A DNA stretch of 63,515 nt, filler included, from Platydemus manokwari (taxonomy: Eukaryota): NCBI GenBank assembly GCA_037951405.1. It is 6 parts of 6 records of this genome, joined end to end, with 100 filler letters (N's around TTAATTAATTAA, not from the genome) between each part and the next. Parts side by side here need not be neighbours in the genome. Positions count along the whole stretch, not along the records: positions 31,211 to 42,337 come from JBBMOY010893310.1; positions 42,438 to 54,467 come from JBBMOY010337781.1; 4 more parts are not named here. One strand, 5' to 3'. Made by a program: the position numbers and the translations under genes. The notes beneath the pieces were generated by a model that was not told the DNA's origin, did not search any database, and was given only the letters and a program-made list of their open reading frames with translations. Of the stretch, positions 39,393 to 54,467 are shown in pieces (position 1 is the stretch's first letter; every line of letters starts with the position of its first letter).

Positions 39393-42293
39393 TAATGCCA
39401 CAACCGTCATCAAAATCACCTCAAAAATGTTTGTTTTCTATCCACGAACAGTAATAAATCTTAGAGAAAATCTACTACTTATTTATTAATAATCGTTTGA
39501 TACATCTCAATACAAACTTATTTTTAAAGCCTATCCTGTGTGATGTGTGTTTTAAGGGTGCTCCTTCGTTTGTTTTTTATTGTGCCTTACATTATTATAA
39601 TGATTTATTATTGCACTTTTTATGTTCCATTATGTTTGATAAGGTGTGTCACCGCATCACGCAGACTATTTTTATGACACGCTTCTTCATAGAGATTCAT
39701 TATTTTAAAAAAAAAACTTCGCCGCAATCATAAGTGAAACGATTGCTCACGATTTTATTATTAATTGACGACTTTTTCTATGGACTTGTTGATTTGGATC
39801 GATTTTTGTTTTTATGATTTTAAATCGCAAGCTTTATCGAGATATATATCACTAACACCACATCAAGTAGCCGTCGGGCCTTTATTTATGTTAGTCATAT
39901 CAGTTTTGTTTTTTTTTATTGTGAGATTTCGTCGTTTATGATTTGCTATTCGCTCAAGTTCATGCTGACGTCACCATAGGTAATCGATATATTTAGATAT
40001 ATAGAGATATACACTATTTGAAGAATGTTTTAACAATTTCGTCGTTTTCAATGATTATTCATGGATTCTATAGCCGATTAAACTAGACTATTGATTACAT
40101 TTCAACGTAGGAATGCTAATTACATAATCAGTGTACTGTTTAACGCCATTTGTTTAATGTCAATGCTGTTTTCCGATTGTCGATATATCGTCATTGATTG
40201 TATTGATTGATGAGTTCTATTTAAGTTAAATCTCATCGTCGCTCAGTGGCACAGAAAGATATTATTGTTTTGTTTGTCAGTTCTCGGTGTGAACAGTGTT
40301 CTTCCATATGGAATAGAAAATCGATATGGTGATGGCATAATTCGATTTGTCATGAATTCGTCATGTAAAATACTTATTTGTATTATGTAATTATCGATAT
40401 TGATTGTGTGCATGTGTGTACGAACAATTATTGATTACGTTTTTAAATTATCATTAGAAGTATTTTATTATTTATTTCGATCAGCTTCCAGTGATTTTTC
40501 GCACTTTCTGAGTTCTATTTACTGGCCTGTCCTACCACTGGAGGGATATCGCGGTTATTTATACTCTTATTTTTGTACATGTTTTTTAATTCGGTCTAAT
40601 AAATGTTCATGTGCATTTGTGTGTGTGTGTGTCTTATCTGACCAGAGTGTTAGGGGTGTTGATGAAATCACATGAACACCTGCAATAATGTGTGGCTGAG
40701 ATTTATTGAGATCGAATCTTTGTATTCACTCACATTGTCGTTGATTAGATATAACAGCATTTGTTTTCATACGTTATGACGGTGACTTGTTTTGATTATC
40801 GTCCAATGATATATTTTTATAATTGTTGAGTTTGTTGATACAGATAGAATGACAATCGATCAACAATTTGTCGGACAGATTATCGGTAAAATTAATCAAT
40901 AAGCTTTGGTAAATATTTAAGTTCAACTTGGCATCTGTGCGAGTTAATTATCTAGCTAGTTACAGATATGCTACATCAGAATGGTGGAGCCCTTAACATT
41001 GGACTCACATCGAAATTATTCTGTGTTGGTGTTGTGCCAAAATGAATCAAATTAAAACTTTCGATTTTGTTAAAATTTATTGATTTACGGTCGATAGGGT
41101 TTGTCTTCATAAAATATTTTTTCAAAACCCAAAATTATGGAGTAAATGTTGATGACATTAGCATTCTGAATCAGAATTATCTCATAGATAAATAGAAGAT
41201 AAAAATTCATTGTTTCTGGTGTTCATTCAACCGTGTCACTCTTATCATTGATTGGAAGCGTTAACGTTAATCACTAAATAATATTGATTGTGATTATTAT
41301 ATTATATATGCATTGCTACAAATCTATTTCATTCTCAAAATATGCATTTACGATTTTATACTAATAATCGAGAGGGATGTTGTTTAAATTTAATAATAAT
41401 AATGTTTAGAAAATCGATTAATATATATCAATCGATAATAAATAAAAATTATTGATAGAATTCTGGAAACCGATGATCCATTGCATTTTAAGCCATTCCA
41501 ACTCACACCAATCGAAATAATATCTGTAATTGATAAAATAAAATTTCGAGCGTCATCATTGTAATTATTCATCAGTAGATGACAAATAATTGATTGTTCT
41601 CTCTCAGCCTATCAATTTGATTTATTGTGATTTGCTTTTCTATTATTATAAGTCGACATATTCAGATATTTTAAATAAATATAATAAAATTTTCCTTTAT
41701 AAGTAAATGAAAAATTTACCGGGATGTGTATTCTCGATAAAAATTTGGCAGTAACTTTAACGATTTTACACAAATAAGGTTCAGATCAATAGCGAGGTTA
41801 ATATTTATTGAATGAAAGATCAAGATATGGCAAATCAATTTAAAATAACGAATCGAAATAATAACTCTAGATAAACATTATGCTTATAAATCCAGGAGAT
41901 ATAAGAGTCAATGTTGTAGAAAAAAATAAATATTGGTCATTGGAGGCAGAATTATGTCTTACTCAAGTAGTGTTCATTTTAAGGGACAAATCATACATGT
42001 TGATGGAGTTCTTATTACAGTAATCTACAGACTAAGATCATTTAGGATCAATTCCATATGGGTATCTTTTATTTTATCACAAATGCTTTCATTAGCCTTT
42101 CATATATTCACTGGTTTCACGATTTGTAATATTTGACATGGACTCCGCAATGCATCTTTGTGATGTTTGCTCTGTATGTATATGCATGTGAAATACCACT
42201 TATGGGATAGTATTGATTATAAAGCTTCTTATGGATTTATCAATTTATTAAGTGTGCCAGAAAATAATAAATGTAAGGGGATCGAGTATATGA

Positions 42294-42337
42294 AATAATA
42301 ATAATAACAATAACAATAATAATAATAATAATAATAA
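42294..42337. repeat. (TAA)n microsatellite at contig end
   Basis: Directly visible; the contig terminates in it. Confidence 0.9.
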
Positions 42338-42437
42338 NNNNNNNNNNNNNNNNNNNNNNNNNNNNNNNNNNNNNNNNNNNNTTAATTAATTAANNNNNNN
42401 NNNNNNNNNNNNNNNNNNNNNNNNNNNNNNNNNNNNN
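42338..42437. other. Artificial contig spacer
   Basis: N44-TTAATTAATTAA-N44. Confidence 0.97.
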
Positions 42438-43719
42438 AACAAACATAATAAATTATGATAATTTTTGTATTATTCATTTACTGAGATAAAATTTCAAATA
42501 ATTATTCATGATAATGATAAAAAATTTACAAAGGAAAATTTAAATAAATAAATTGTATTAAATTAAATTTGAATTAATTAAATAAGATAGTCAAAGCTGG
42601 TCAGTATCAAAATAGTATGTAGTGGGATCAGCTTAGCTAATAAAAATTATTATTTTTGAAATATATTTTAATGGTAGTTAGGTTAGACTATTTCCGTAGC
42701 ATGGTAAGCACTAAAATATGTAAGTAGTAAAAGCATCATAATAGAATACTAAAAGTTATCCGATAGCATATACTGATGTTAATAAAGGCGTTAGCAGATT
42801 CAAATGAAATATATATAGGGAGAAATTATATTTATTTCAAATAATCCAAATTAAATTTTATTAATAATTTCTTTAAATTGAAAGAGTGGTCTAGATTGTT
42901 CTCACTTTGTCACTTTTGATAATATAAAGTCGCACTCTTTGATATGCTATAAATTTCTTTTGAAATTTTAATAATGTTTCTAAACCATTTAATATATTTA
43001 ATATAATTAATATATTACTTATCTTTGATTAAATTATTATTATTAATCAAAATTGTTGATGTTGTCTCATTGAGATTCAATATTTGATGAAAATTGCAGT
43101 TCGGTTTTTAACGTTCGGGATTGATTTACATGAAGCTTAGTTGGAATCTTTAGCTTTAACTTACCAGGAATAATTTTTAGAAATGCATTACTTTTTAGGA
43201 TCTTTTGTTTTTTTCGAGGGTGGTCGATGATTTTAGCTCCATAAATTAATTTCAGATTTTGAATTACTTCACGCACTGGTAGTTTATTTGTTTTCAGTAA
43301 CTATAAAAAAAAGTTTTTTCACTCTTATGTGCCACGATGTTGAAACGCTGACGTAGCCTAGGAAACCGATTTTTCTGAAAGCTTGACAGGTGATTATTAT
43401 ATTTTATTAATTTTTTTACAACCTTTTATATTCATAACATAATTCTATTAAGTGATTTAAAGTTTGAAGATATAGTCGTCACTGATTATTTCCTTTTTTG
43501 ACAAAAAATTGCATAATACAGTCATATGATTGTAAATGTTACAGCATGAATGCAGTTATTTATGTTTTCGAATATTTTTTTAGATGATATTGGATAAATT
43601 TAAAGGAATTACTTTACATTAGAACACATTTGTTAGATTAATGTTAACTTAACGCACACAGATTAGAGATCTCTACACATTAAAAATTCAATTACATAAT
43701 CATATGTCACAAAGTCAGT

Positions 43720-44230
43720 AATTTTATCCGTGATGTATTTCAACATGTCCTTAGCATATCTAGATTCTTCAATTCATTTATCTGTATTGAGATTAATTCC
43801 AATTTTCAGCCTTCAGGGTGTTAGTAGTTGCTCTGTCGATTACGCAATTACCAAGAGATCTTGATGGTCTATTTTTGAAAAATATTTTATCGAACGTTTT
43901 TGTTAAATAAATATTTTAAATGGGAGATGATCTTCTTAAGATAATAATCAATCATGGCTTGATCTCTAATAACGGCTGTTTAACTGTTTCAGTCATATCA
44001 TCAACCATTAAATGATTAATTGAGAAAATCGATATTAAACTAAAATATAATTATAATCCACTGATTTTAAATCGATCTTCCTAACCACTAACATTTCTAG
44101 ACTTCTCTGTAAAGAGATTAGTCAAAATTCGACGTCTTATATTTGTTTCTCTTTGATATTTTATCGATATTTCGTTTTAAAAAATATTAAGGACTTAGAG
44201 AATGGATTTCCAGGGACCAGAATCTACTCG
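43720..44230 (-). mobile_element. Degraded Ty3/gypsy RT relic
   Basis: Minus strand RVDSGPWKSIL, RKIDLKS and HQDLLVIA*STEQL...GINLNTDK in the expected RT order. Confidence 0.45.
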
Positions 44231-45556
44231 CACGCCTTAAAAAAAATATATAAATTCAATGCAATATTCTAGAAATTGTAAAAATACAGATTACTATCAC
44301 TTAAGCACCTCACGAAATATCTTGACCTACTTGTACATTTTATACTCGCACTTTCAAATGGTTTCGTCAAGCTCAACATCAAGCTCAAGCAAAAACTCAA
44401 ATTACCAAAACATTTTGCAATTCAAAATCTTCGAAAGATTCTCTGTTGTGGAATAGTTATCTATCGATCAAGCAAGCAGCCGACTGATTTGTTTAAGTCA
44501 TTAACAATATTAACAATGAAATAATATGTGAAAAATGCAACTATCATTCTGTGCAAACAGCATTTATATCATTTAATATTGATATCTAATATCTGTGTTC
44601 ATTACGTGAGGTTTTTTAAAAATTTGTGAAATTACCATTTTTAGTAAAAATTTTCTTCCTGGAAGGCGAGAAGAGCTTAGTTAGAGAGAAATAAGTAAGG
44701 ACATAAAATTCAAAACAATAAAAGTTAATGAAGAATATCAAAAAATGAAGAAATTAGCTATAATAAAAAGCAGCTCTGTAAAAGCAGTAACGAACGTTTT
44801 GCTGCTCTTAAGAGGAAAACTTTTAAATTAAGAAAATCGTTAGTAGTAGATTATGGATTAAGACTTTGATTCACCAATACAAGTCATTCAACGAGTTGAA
44901 ACCATATATTTAAGTAAAATATACAAATGAAAAGTTAGATTTTCAGTTGCAACTCGTTGAAGAAAATAAGAAAAAGAAATAAACCATATTAGCAGAATTT
45001 ATTTGAGAAATATCTTTTAATATGTCAAAAGATATTGTTATAGCAACACTGCCTAGACACGGTAATTTGTCAAAGCATTATTATAGTTAAGTTAAAAGCA
45101 CTTTCCGTCATAATATTTATTTTAAAAACTACAATCAACCGCCAATCAATTATTTAAACAAACACCACGTGTTTATTTATTTAATCACGTTACTATAATA
45201 TATTTATATTTCTCAATAGTGCATCAAATATGATCAATAACTCAAGAATATCTTCATAAAAACCAGCTGCACATCTATATTGCTTTTATAAATCATTGAA
45301 GTCTTTGACCAATCAGAAAATTTTTTTCTGTCAATAAGTTTTCCATTTACTGTTGCTAATTTGAAGAAATTGAAACACACTCTATTTGAATACATGAAAT
45401 TTGATGTGTCATTGCTTTTGTATTTTTGTTTAATTTAAAATATTGCTTAATTTGCACGATAACGGTTGGAGCAGGTAAGAAAATATTGAAGTAGAAAAAC
45501 AAAAAATAAATAAATAAATAGAACTCTACAGTATCTCTGAAAATTTCTATCAGCCA

Positions 45557-46306
45557 ATGTACATTATTATTTTGAATTTTATTCAATTTGTACATGCCAT
45601 AAGTTCGCAATGCCCGATAAATTTTAAGTCTTGCAATCAATTGTGCATCAGTGTCTCAAAAAGGAACGATAAAAGATCATTTTGCAATGCATCTAGGTTT
45701 TGTCAACAAATAGGTGGTAGATTATCAATGGACAATGAATTTCGACTATTACAACTCTGTTTAAACTATGATGGTTACGATGCTTATAGTACAGGTGTTA
45801 CCGATTTACTGAAGGAGAGAAATAAAAAAATACAGGGTGGTTAAATATTGATGGGACAAAGATGAAATTAAAGAAAACATGGCACAATGGTCAACCTAGT
45901 AGCTCAAAACATGGCGAAGACTGCATAGAAATAAATAATTATAAACTCAATGACGCCCCGTGTATATTTCCAAGGCGATATATTTGTGTGAAGGATAATA
46001 GAGCACCAATTAGCTCGCAAATATATTTCAAAAATGATATTATTTACAATAATGATGAAGAAAAAGGGTGTTATGAACGTTTTAGTGTTTTAAGTAAAAT
46101 TGAATGTGGAATCCGGTAAGTTTTAATATTTAGAATAAATATTATAATGGTAAACTTGTTCAGTTGCCTCAATAATGGCAAATGTAAATCCATTTTATTA
46201 TGAGAATGAAGGACATGAGTGCGTTCTGGCAAATTACGCCATTAGTGCGTTACCAAAACTCTGGGGAAATAGTAGATTAAAGTGGCAAGGTTTTCACATT
46301 AACTGA
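45557..46306 (+). pseudogene. Secreted C-type lectin + PAN/apple gene with two frameshifts (exons 45557-46115, 46164-46306; probable 5'UTR intron 45475-45553)
   Basis: Signal peptide; CTL motifs FCQQIGGRL, GVTDL, WHNGQPSS...EDC...LNDAPC...YICV; PAN pattern CYERF...IECGIR|CLNNGKCKSI-YYENEGHECVL. The frame breaks in an A7 run (~45824-45830) and a T4 run (~46193-46196). Confidence 0.8.
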
Positions 46307-48499
46307 GTTATTAAAAGAGTAATCTCGCTATCAATAATTTATTTTCTCAAATTTAACTTAATCTGACAAAAATATTCAGCATTTGTGTTGCGACTGTTAT
46401 CATACTACTATTATCTGGATTCATGTTTCTAACGATAACCATTTGTTTTAAGTTTTTTATTAATATTGTTTATGTATTGATATATTTAGTGCAAATAAAC
46501 CACTTGATGTATTGAATTGCCAGCCTAAGTTAAAAACAATTTTCAAGTTAGTATTGAAATATTTTTGAAATCCATGTATTAAAATGATATTTTTATTGAA
46601 GTGAAGGGTCATTGATGACATATTTACATTAAAAGATTGAAAAGTTAAAAATTAAATCCCAGTTAAAACCAATATATTAAAAATAATTTAAATAAATTCC
46701 ATATTTGCTGAATAGAACTAAACAATATTTTTATATTATAATTACTATATTATATTATCTGTTTTATAATTAATAATATCATTATCACTTCTATTTCTAT
46801 TAATAATTGTTGACTTTAATAAAAATGGTATCGTGTTTTCAAAACAAAAAATAATGCGTTATCATTTCCACTTTCTTATTTCCTCTTTTACTAGATATTT
46901 TTATTTACAGTTGGTATGGAAATAATATTTCATTATCTCTAGAATCAGCATTATGGATTCGAACTTTATTTTTAAAATAGATTTTATCTTTACTAGCATC
47001 AGTTGTTTTATTTTTTATTTATTCACTAAATATTTCATCGTTATACAAATAGTTTTTTTCTGTTATTTATTTTGGTGCACATCATTTTAAAACATTTTTA
47101 TTCTCATTAACTTATTCTATTGCTTGCTCGTTTGACTTTTAAAATTTGATCTTTAAAATTCGATTGCTAATTTTTCTTAATATAAGTCAATGTCGAAGAT
47201 GAAATCGCCCCCCTTTTGAAGAACATCAGTGTAAATAATATACATCTTAAGTCAAATAATATAGTTGTGATAACATAATACAGTTGTCAAAAGCAATTAG
47301 TATAACTATCAATCTATCCGTTATTAGTATATTATCAACCAGCAAAAAATTTCCGTTTTTCGACGTCGATGAAAACATTGATTGAATCAGAGATGTTGGT
47401 GGAGATGATTTATTATTGAAATAGATATAATAATAAAATAAAAATAATAATAATAATAAAATATCAATAAATGTTATTATAATTAATATTGATTAATTAT
47501 TGGTGAAAATATCTTGATCAATAAAATAAATTACACAAACTATCAAATCTGTGTATTGAAATAACACCTTTAGTTTCATCAAGAACATTTATACAAACTA
47601 GTATTTAATTTTTTGAAACATTGGTAATGCAGTTATTTATTTGTGATGAAATCAAGCTAATATGCCCATATTTTGTATTGCTTGTTAAAAATATCAATTA
47701 TTACTTAAATGATATCGCTAAAACGGAATTTGCGGGCACATTTATGAGAATCGTGACTAAATCAATTCTATACAGCAAAGCAAATGAATCAATTGCTAAT
47801 TTTTTATAAAAATTATCTCTGAATATAATATTAGCACACCCCTGTAATCAAATTTCATAAAATAAATCAAAAACTTTCAACAAGTAAATACATTTCCATT
47901 TTATTTCCCCAATCCCGATTAATATGATAAGCTGCGTTACACATTAAATGATAAATAAAAGAGAATATATAATTTCTTCAGACAAATTAATTTGTCAGCA
48001 CAATGTTGGTAGTTATGTCATAAATATGTATCACTAGTATTGATTGCTGTTTCACCTGATAGGTTTCGTAGGGATTTTAATTTATTTGATAAACAATCTT
48101 GTTCTGATTCAAGCCATTATAAGCCATTCAAAATATTTAAAAAAACTAACAAATAACTGAGATAATGGAATCAAAAATATTCAATGTTCGGTAATGAGTT
48201 CTTGAGTTGAAATATTGGCGTTATCGTTTATATCATTCACTCTAACTACTACAATTGGAATCTTCTATATTGTTTCTTGTTTCATTACAAGCATGAAAAT
48301 ATTGGTCATGAGATGTTGTACTATATCATTTCTAGTTTATTTAGGTTTCTTAAATATCAACTCTATTCCATCTGTAAAATTATAAATTCAATGCTAATAA
48401 TATATTATCATCTTTTATGTTGTATATTATTGTTTTGTTTATGTTTATCAATTACTCTTCTGATTTTTATTGATATTCTCGTATAGATTTTTCATTTAT

Positions 48500-48810
48500 T
48501 ATTTAATGCACGAGTATTCATTGGATAAACATTATAAAAGCAAAAACGTCTTCTTGGCATGGTAACTCTAGACCTATGCGTAATAATGGTGAAGGAACCA
48601 AATATGTGAAATATTCAACAATATCCTGTACCTTCGGCAATGAAGTTGGAATAGAAGAATACAAAAGTACTTTTAAAAACATTTTTCGGCATTCTTCCAT
48701 ATTTTTCTAGATAAATCCGCATTTGGTTTAACGCAAGTATCAATGTTTCTGATATACGTCGTTTGAAAACGAATCCTTCGACTGCGAGGTGCCCTAATAT
48801 CAGATTAAAG
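48500..48810 (-). mobile_element. Degraded LTR-retrotransposon integrase relic
   Basis: Minus strand ILGHLAVEG and KYGRMPKNVFKS resemble integrase GHxG and YGxPxxIxSD motifs. Confidence 0.3.
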
Positions 48811-51800
48811 TTATATTGCTTAAGTTTTTTATGTCCAATCCAATCATATCTATGACACAGTTCCTTAACTAGTCAAAACAAATTTAAAAATTACAATCCA
48901 ATGCTTCTAACTTATTGTAACTATATCTTGTTTCAAAATCTAACTCAAAGTGTGCGAATTCAGCACAACAATCAAATAATTTCTCCTTACTGTGGGAATA
49001 TATCAGTCTGGCTATCCTATTTTTTAATTTTTTCCAGAAAACTGTTTTATTTTATTAAACATTCTAAACATTTACAGTCTTAAAAACGAGCTAGTAATCT
49101 AAGTTTAAATAGTTGTTCCTTCCTTACAAATACCTTATTACATTCCTCTCCAACTAATTGGTTATTATGATGAAATTTAGTATAAAATATCTCTGCACTG
49201 GACCTACATTTCTAAGAAGACCAAAGGTAGTTCATTATAGTAGAATTGATACAATCACCAGATTATATATAAAGACAATTCTGCGCTACCATCACGACTT
49301 GCTACAAGTTCATTTTCAGTCCTAGCTTAAATACTTTACCACCACCTGATCTTTCAACCACATATGTTCTTATCAGTGTTTGTAATTAGTAGATTAACTT
49401 TAGTGGTCGGTCCTATTTCATCAGCTTTATCTCATATTCTTTTCTAGGACGACCGGGTGATTCATTAATCATAGGCCTAATGTGAGCATTATTATTAATA
49501 AAATGTATGTGGTCACCGATTTATAAATTACTGTTCTCATTTTACAATGTTCTCATACCAAAATCATTCGAAGGTTATGCATACAGATAACTAATACATT
49601 TAATATTTAAGCATCTTTCTTATAATTTTCTTATAATATGAGGTTAAGATTTGCTGTTTTCGATTAGATAAGAAATCTACAATACTATTATTTTTAAAGA
49701 AACAAACTTAATATTATTGATTTTCTTATCCAGCAGAATGCTAAAACCAAGTTCCTTTGTAAGCAATTCTATATGAGTTTTAAATTTAATTTTTTCAATT
49801 ATAAAAAGATTTTAGAGTTCTTCTCCATTTCCTGCTAATGTGAAAATTTAGTCATTTGCTAGATTTAAAAAAACTGTAATTGATCTTTTTCCATTATGTT
49901 CACATCTAAATTATCTAGCGAATATTATGCAGGAAGATAATGCTAATGCATTGTTCAGACAGAATATCACATTGTAAAGTTTTCAATTGTAACTTTCTAT
50001 CTATATAGCTTGACTAGGCTTTGGACTTGTAAGGTTCATTCAAAAATGCTAAAACTAATGAAAATCTACAAAAAAATAAAAAAAAATAAAAAGTATATTA
50101 AAAATCTATATGTCATATTAATATCCATATAAAGATCTTGATAAAATATACTTGTTTACACGCAATATTAAAATTATTAAAGTAAAATTTAATTTATTAA
50201 CTTCTGTATAAATCTACCAGAATAATAAAACCATATACCATACTGACCACATATTTTGATTCGATGTTTTCTTTGCTGTTCCCCGAAATATATAATATAA
50301 ATATAATATTTTCAGTTTATAACAAATTTTCTTTAATTAGCATTTAACTCAGACGAATGAGAAAAGCAAAAATATTAAATGCTATATTTTCAAGATAATT
50401 AATAAATTACATGAATTCATATAAATATTATAATAAATAACTCTGGGTTGTTATAAATCATAGAAAATTGATAGAAAAAATTTAGAAAATTTATTTTAAA
50501 TTGATTAATTAAAGCTTTTCAAATTATTAATAAATTGTTTATTAAATATTGTGTATATTATAAATTATCGGTTATGACTTTCTAATGTTAAATTATCTCA
50601 TAACTCGTGGATGACAAATTTAAGATGTGCTTTTTTCAAGAAATTCAATAAAACCAAAAATGTTTGAATAATTATAGAAAATACTTGTAAACTTAAATAT
50701 AAGGCAAATATCATTTCTGCTGTTCACCATTGATAATTTTTATTTTATTACCAATCTTGGCTTCATATTTGCCGTTGAAGATTTTTCGAAATATTTTAAA
50801 AAACATAATAAAGTAAATGAAAGCTGAGTTTTTTAACTTTTTAGATCAGAACTTGTACCGAAATATTTAACTCATCAATTTCTCATTTATGCTCATTGCA
50901 CCATATTGATTTTTATTTATATTTTTAATATATTTTCGAAAATGAATTATGTGATTAAGGTTCACTATAAATTAATCTCTTAATGACAAATGAAATGCCA
51001 AGATATAAAAATACACTGAGATAAGAAATTTTAGTAATCAATATTTTAATTCATTTTAGTTTCATGACATTGTTTTACTGAAAAATGGATAATTATAAAC
51101 TTATAAACTTGTAAAAGAGGAATATGTACTTAGTCTGTGAATTCGAATATGATAAATTGTACTCTTCTTATTTTTATCTATTATTTTCGCATATAAATGA
51201 CTTCACTGTTGAAATCTCATTATTAAAAGGATTAAAATAAAATTTGATTATTTTAAGACAAATTAGACGTGATACAAAATAATTAATTTAAATACCATAT
51301 AAAATATCACCAGCTCATTGCCTTTAGAAAGTTATACAATAGCTTTATCAAATAAAGATTTTTAATGTTTAAGAAACCCAACAAAACTAAAAAAGATTTG
51401 AATCACAGTAAAGCAAAATTTAATAATTAGAAAACCAATGTTCTTCACATCAGTGCATAAATCAATTAAATTATAATGTTTGCAATATTTTAAGCACACT
51501 TACTGTCAAACATTTAAAATCGTACATGATGCTTATAGATCAAATGAAATTTATTTAAAAATCTAGAATTAGATTAAAATTAATTTATTATCTACATATT
51601 TATTAATAATTTCTCATGTGCCAGATATTTTTATAAATTACTGCTTATAGAATGCAATTTTAAATAATTTTTAATTTCGAGATTTACATCAGCAATTAAT
51701 TTAAATATTAAATTAAAGATTTAAAGGGCTTAGCAATAATAATTTATAAGTTGTTATTCATTAAATTTATTTATATTTCGTGTTCTGGATAGATAAAGTT

Positions 51801-52719
51801 TAAATATTGTCGTTATTGAATATGAAATCGTATGATAAAATTTTAATAATAAATTACAAGTTTTAATTGGTTGGCAATAATTTTTCAGAAATTAGTTATA
51901 ATTCAATTTTATTAAATTTTCAAATTGTCGATAGATCAAGTCAAAATATTTTTATTTTTTATTTTCATTAGAATTAGATTGGTTCGTTAAAATTTATCAA
52001 TATAAAATACCAACAAATGAGAATTTCATTGATTTATGCCTTTTTATTTGTTGAAATCTTTCGTGCAATTTCACTACAAAATACCCTAAAATAATCTTCT
52101 CATTTTATTTGAATGTAGCTATAATATAATGATATTATTTTGAGGTTTATCAAAAACCCAGAAAATTTTAATCAATATACCTTTTTAATTAATTGTGCAA
52201 TGGCAAGATTAAAATTCCCCCATTATTCTGCTGATGATATTTGTTATGTAAATTAAATGCATTTATTTCTCATATGATTGTATATTTCAATATATTTATG
52301 ACTTTTGTTGGATTAGTTGCTATTGGTTTAATTATATTTAATTTTCTCAAAATGCGTCCGTTTACCAATCACAAAGTGTACATGAAAGTTATTGCTACTT
52401 TAAACATGTCGACTTGTTTTTTTGCGTATTTGTATTATTTTCGAAGTTATAGTTAACCTGTTATAACGGAAGGGAAATACAAGTCACGATATATCTCTGG
52501 AAATAAATGTCACTATTAATTTTTGTAATTTATGGAAGTGATCTATGCTTAGTAATAAAATTTCCACTTCGCTATCGATTATGGTAAATAAAAATATCTT
52601 TGATAACTATATTTAGTTCAGTCTTATTTATATATATTTTTTCTTTTCCACACGTGCTTATAAAGTTTTATTATGAACATTATGAGAAATATTATTACTT
52701 TGAAATGTACAAATATTAT

Positions 52720-53260
52720 GTCTAGTGAGATAATCTACAATTAGATGATCAATGTCCATACAGATGTGAGTCACAAGAATCAGATTCGAGATGATATTGC
52801 AACGGCATTTAGAGCAAATTCTAAAGTGACAACCAACACAATGTCTAACCGAGACAGAGACAGAAGAACACACAGAAAATTTCAAATGGGACACAAAGTG
52901 CTATTTGGCGTAGACCCTCATAAGTGGAAAAAAATGGTTACCAGTATTTAGGCACCTACCGATTTATCAAAATCAAGTCAGTCAGTCCTGTGGAGATTCA
53001 ATTTCCTCATGGGATAACATCCAGACTATTAGAGTAGCGGGACCAATGGAACGGGTCTTAAGAGAAGGCGATTAACGTGGTCCAGGAAACAAACATGTTA
53101 TATATGTTTATATAATTGATTTGTAGATTAGTTAAATATTTTAAAATAAATATTGACTGAGAATGTACCTATAAGCAAAAAGATGCTAACAAAGAAAATC
53201 TATTTAAATCATTATGAAGATAAAGTATCTATCTTTTCTACATCAGTTCTATATTTTCCT
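52720..53260 (+). mobile_element. Ty3/gypsy integrase 3' end plus LTR start (copy A)
   Basis: RDDIATAFRAN...KFQMGHKVLFGVDPHK; nucleotide similarity to 53410-53970 and ~60700-61050, including AAACAAACATGTTA after the purine tract. Confidence 0.7.
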
Positions 53261-53409
53261 TTTAATTTCTTTAAATTTCTATATGTTCTATATTTATCGA
53301 TTTTATTCAAACATATTACTTTCAAACAAAATGAAATCATAATTATTTCAGAAATGAAAAAATATGTAAATCAAAATTTAGATATGAAAAAAAAATTTTA
53401 AAATTAAAT

Positions 53410-53970
53410 TAAAGACTTAGAGAAAAGCTGGGCTGAATTTTTGCCAAAGATAAAGTTCTGCATCAAAGGAGTTCTTGCCTTTTAAAATAATCTAAGCACG
53501 GAAGAAATATCCATACAATTGTGAGTCAGAAGAACCAGATTCGATATTTCAGCAGCAGCTGGAGACATATCTAAAGTGTCAACTAAAATAATGTCTAACC
53601 AATGCAAGGGTAGCAGATCAGATAGATATTTTTGGTGGGATAGAATGTGATAAATTGCGTAGATCCTCATAAAAGGAAAAGGAATGGATACCAGTTCGAA
53701 TGCCGCTCCTGATTTACGGAATTTAGGTCCATCAAACAAATGATGATTTAATTCATTCATGAGATAAAATCTAAACGATTATAGTGGTTGAAAAAATGAA
53801 GTCAACCATAAGAGGAGTTGACTACCGCCGTCAAATAAACAAACATGTTAAATTTGTTTAAATAATCGTTAGGTGGATTAAATAAATAAATTTCTCCGAA
53901 TGAACCAATAAGCAATATAATTCTAAAAAACCAAAGTAATTAAATCTTTATGAAGATACAATATGATCAA
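53410..53970 (+). mobile_element. Ty3/gypsy integrase 3' end plus LTR start (copy B)
   Basis: KSWAEFLPKIKFCI...VDPHKRK; same family as copy A and the 58130-61050 element. Confidence 0.7.
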
Positions 53971-54467
53971 TAAAATTTTAATTAAATAAAAAAAAATCAA
54001 AACTAACAATGCAAATCATAAAGTTAGAGTCAATGAAGATTGAAATGACTAAGGTGATTAGTATAACTGCTAAAAATCTTCACTGTTCATGTAAAACACT
54101 TTTATTTGACAGAATATGGAAAATAAATCAATAAATCAACGGATAATATCATAAACATATTTATTAACTCGAAATATTTTTTATTGAATTTAATTAATAA
54201 TGGAATAAAGTTGAAGTTCATCGAACTTACGTAAAGATGGTGAAATGTAGTTTCAAGAGATTAGAAGATTATTTTTATCGTAAAATGTGTAGAAATTAAA
54301 TAACGTGCCCTGTGCACCGCAATAAGTAGAAATGGAACGATTGATAACATTAACAATTCCATACAAAATTTTATTTCAGATGTTAGTAGCATGTTACACC
54401 AGTGTTTGACGCCGGGGGGTCAGATTTATTAATTTTCAAAAAGATCAATTTTTTACTCTAGTATACT

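Noticed and set aside
41500-41610. Cys-loop receptor N-terminal-like exon (EQSIICHLLMNNYNDDAR)
   Set aside because: Too short, and no downstream Cys-loop exons seen.
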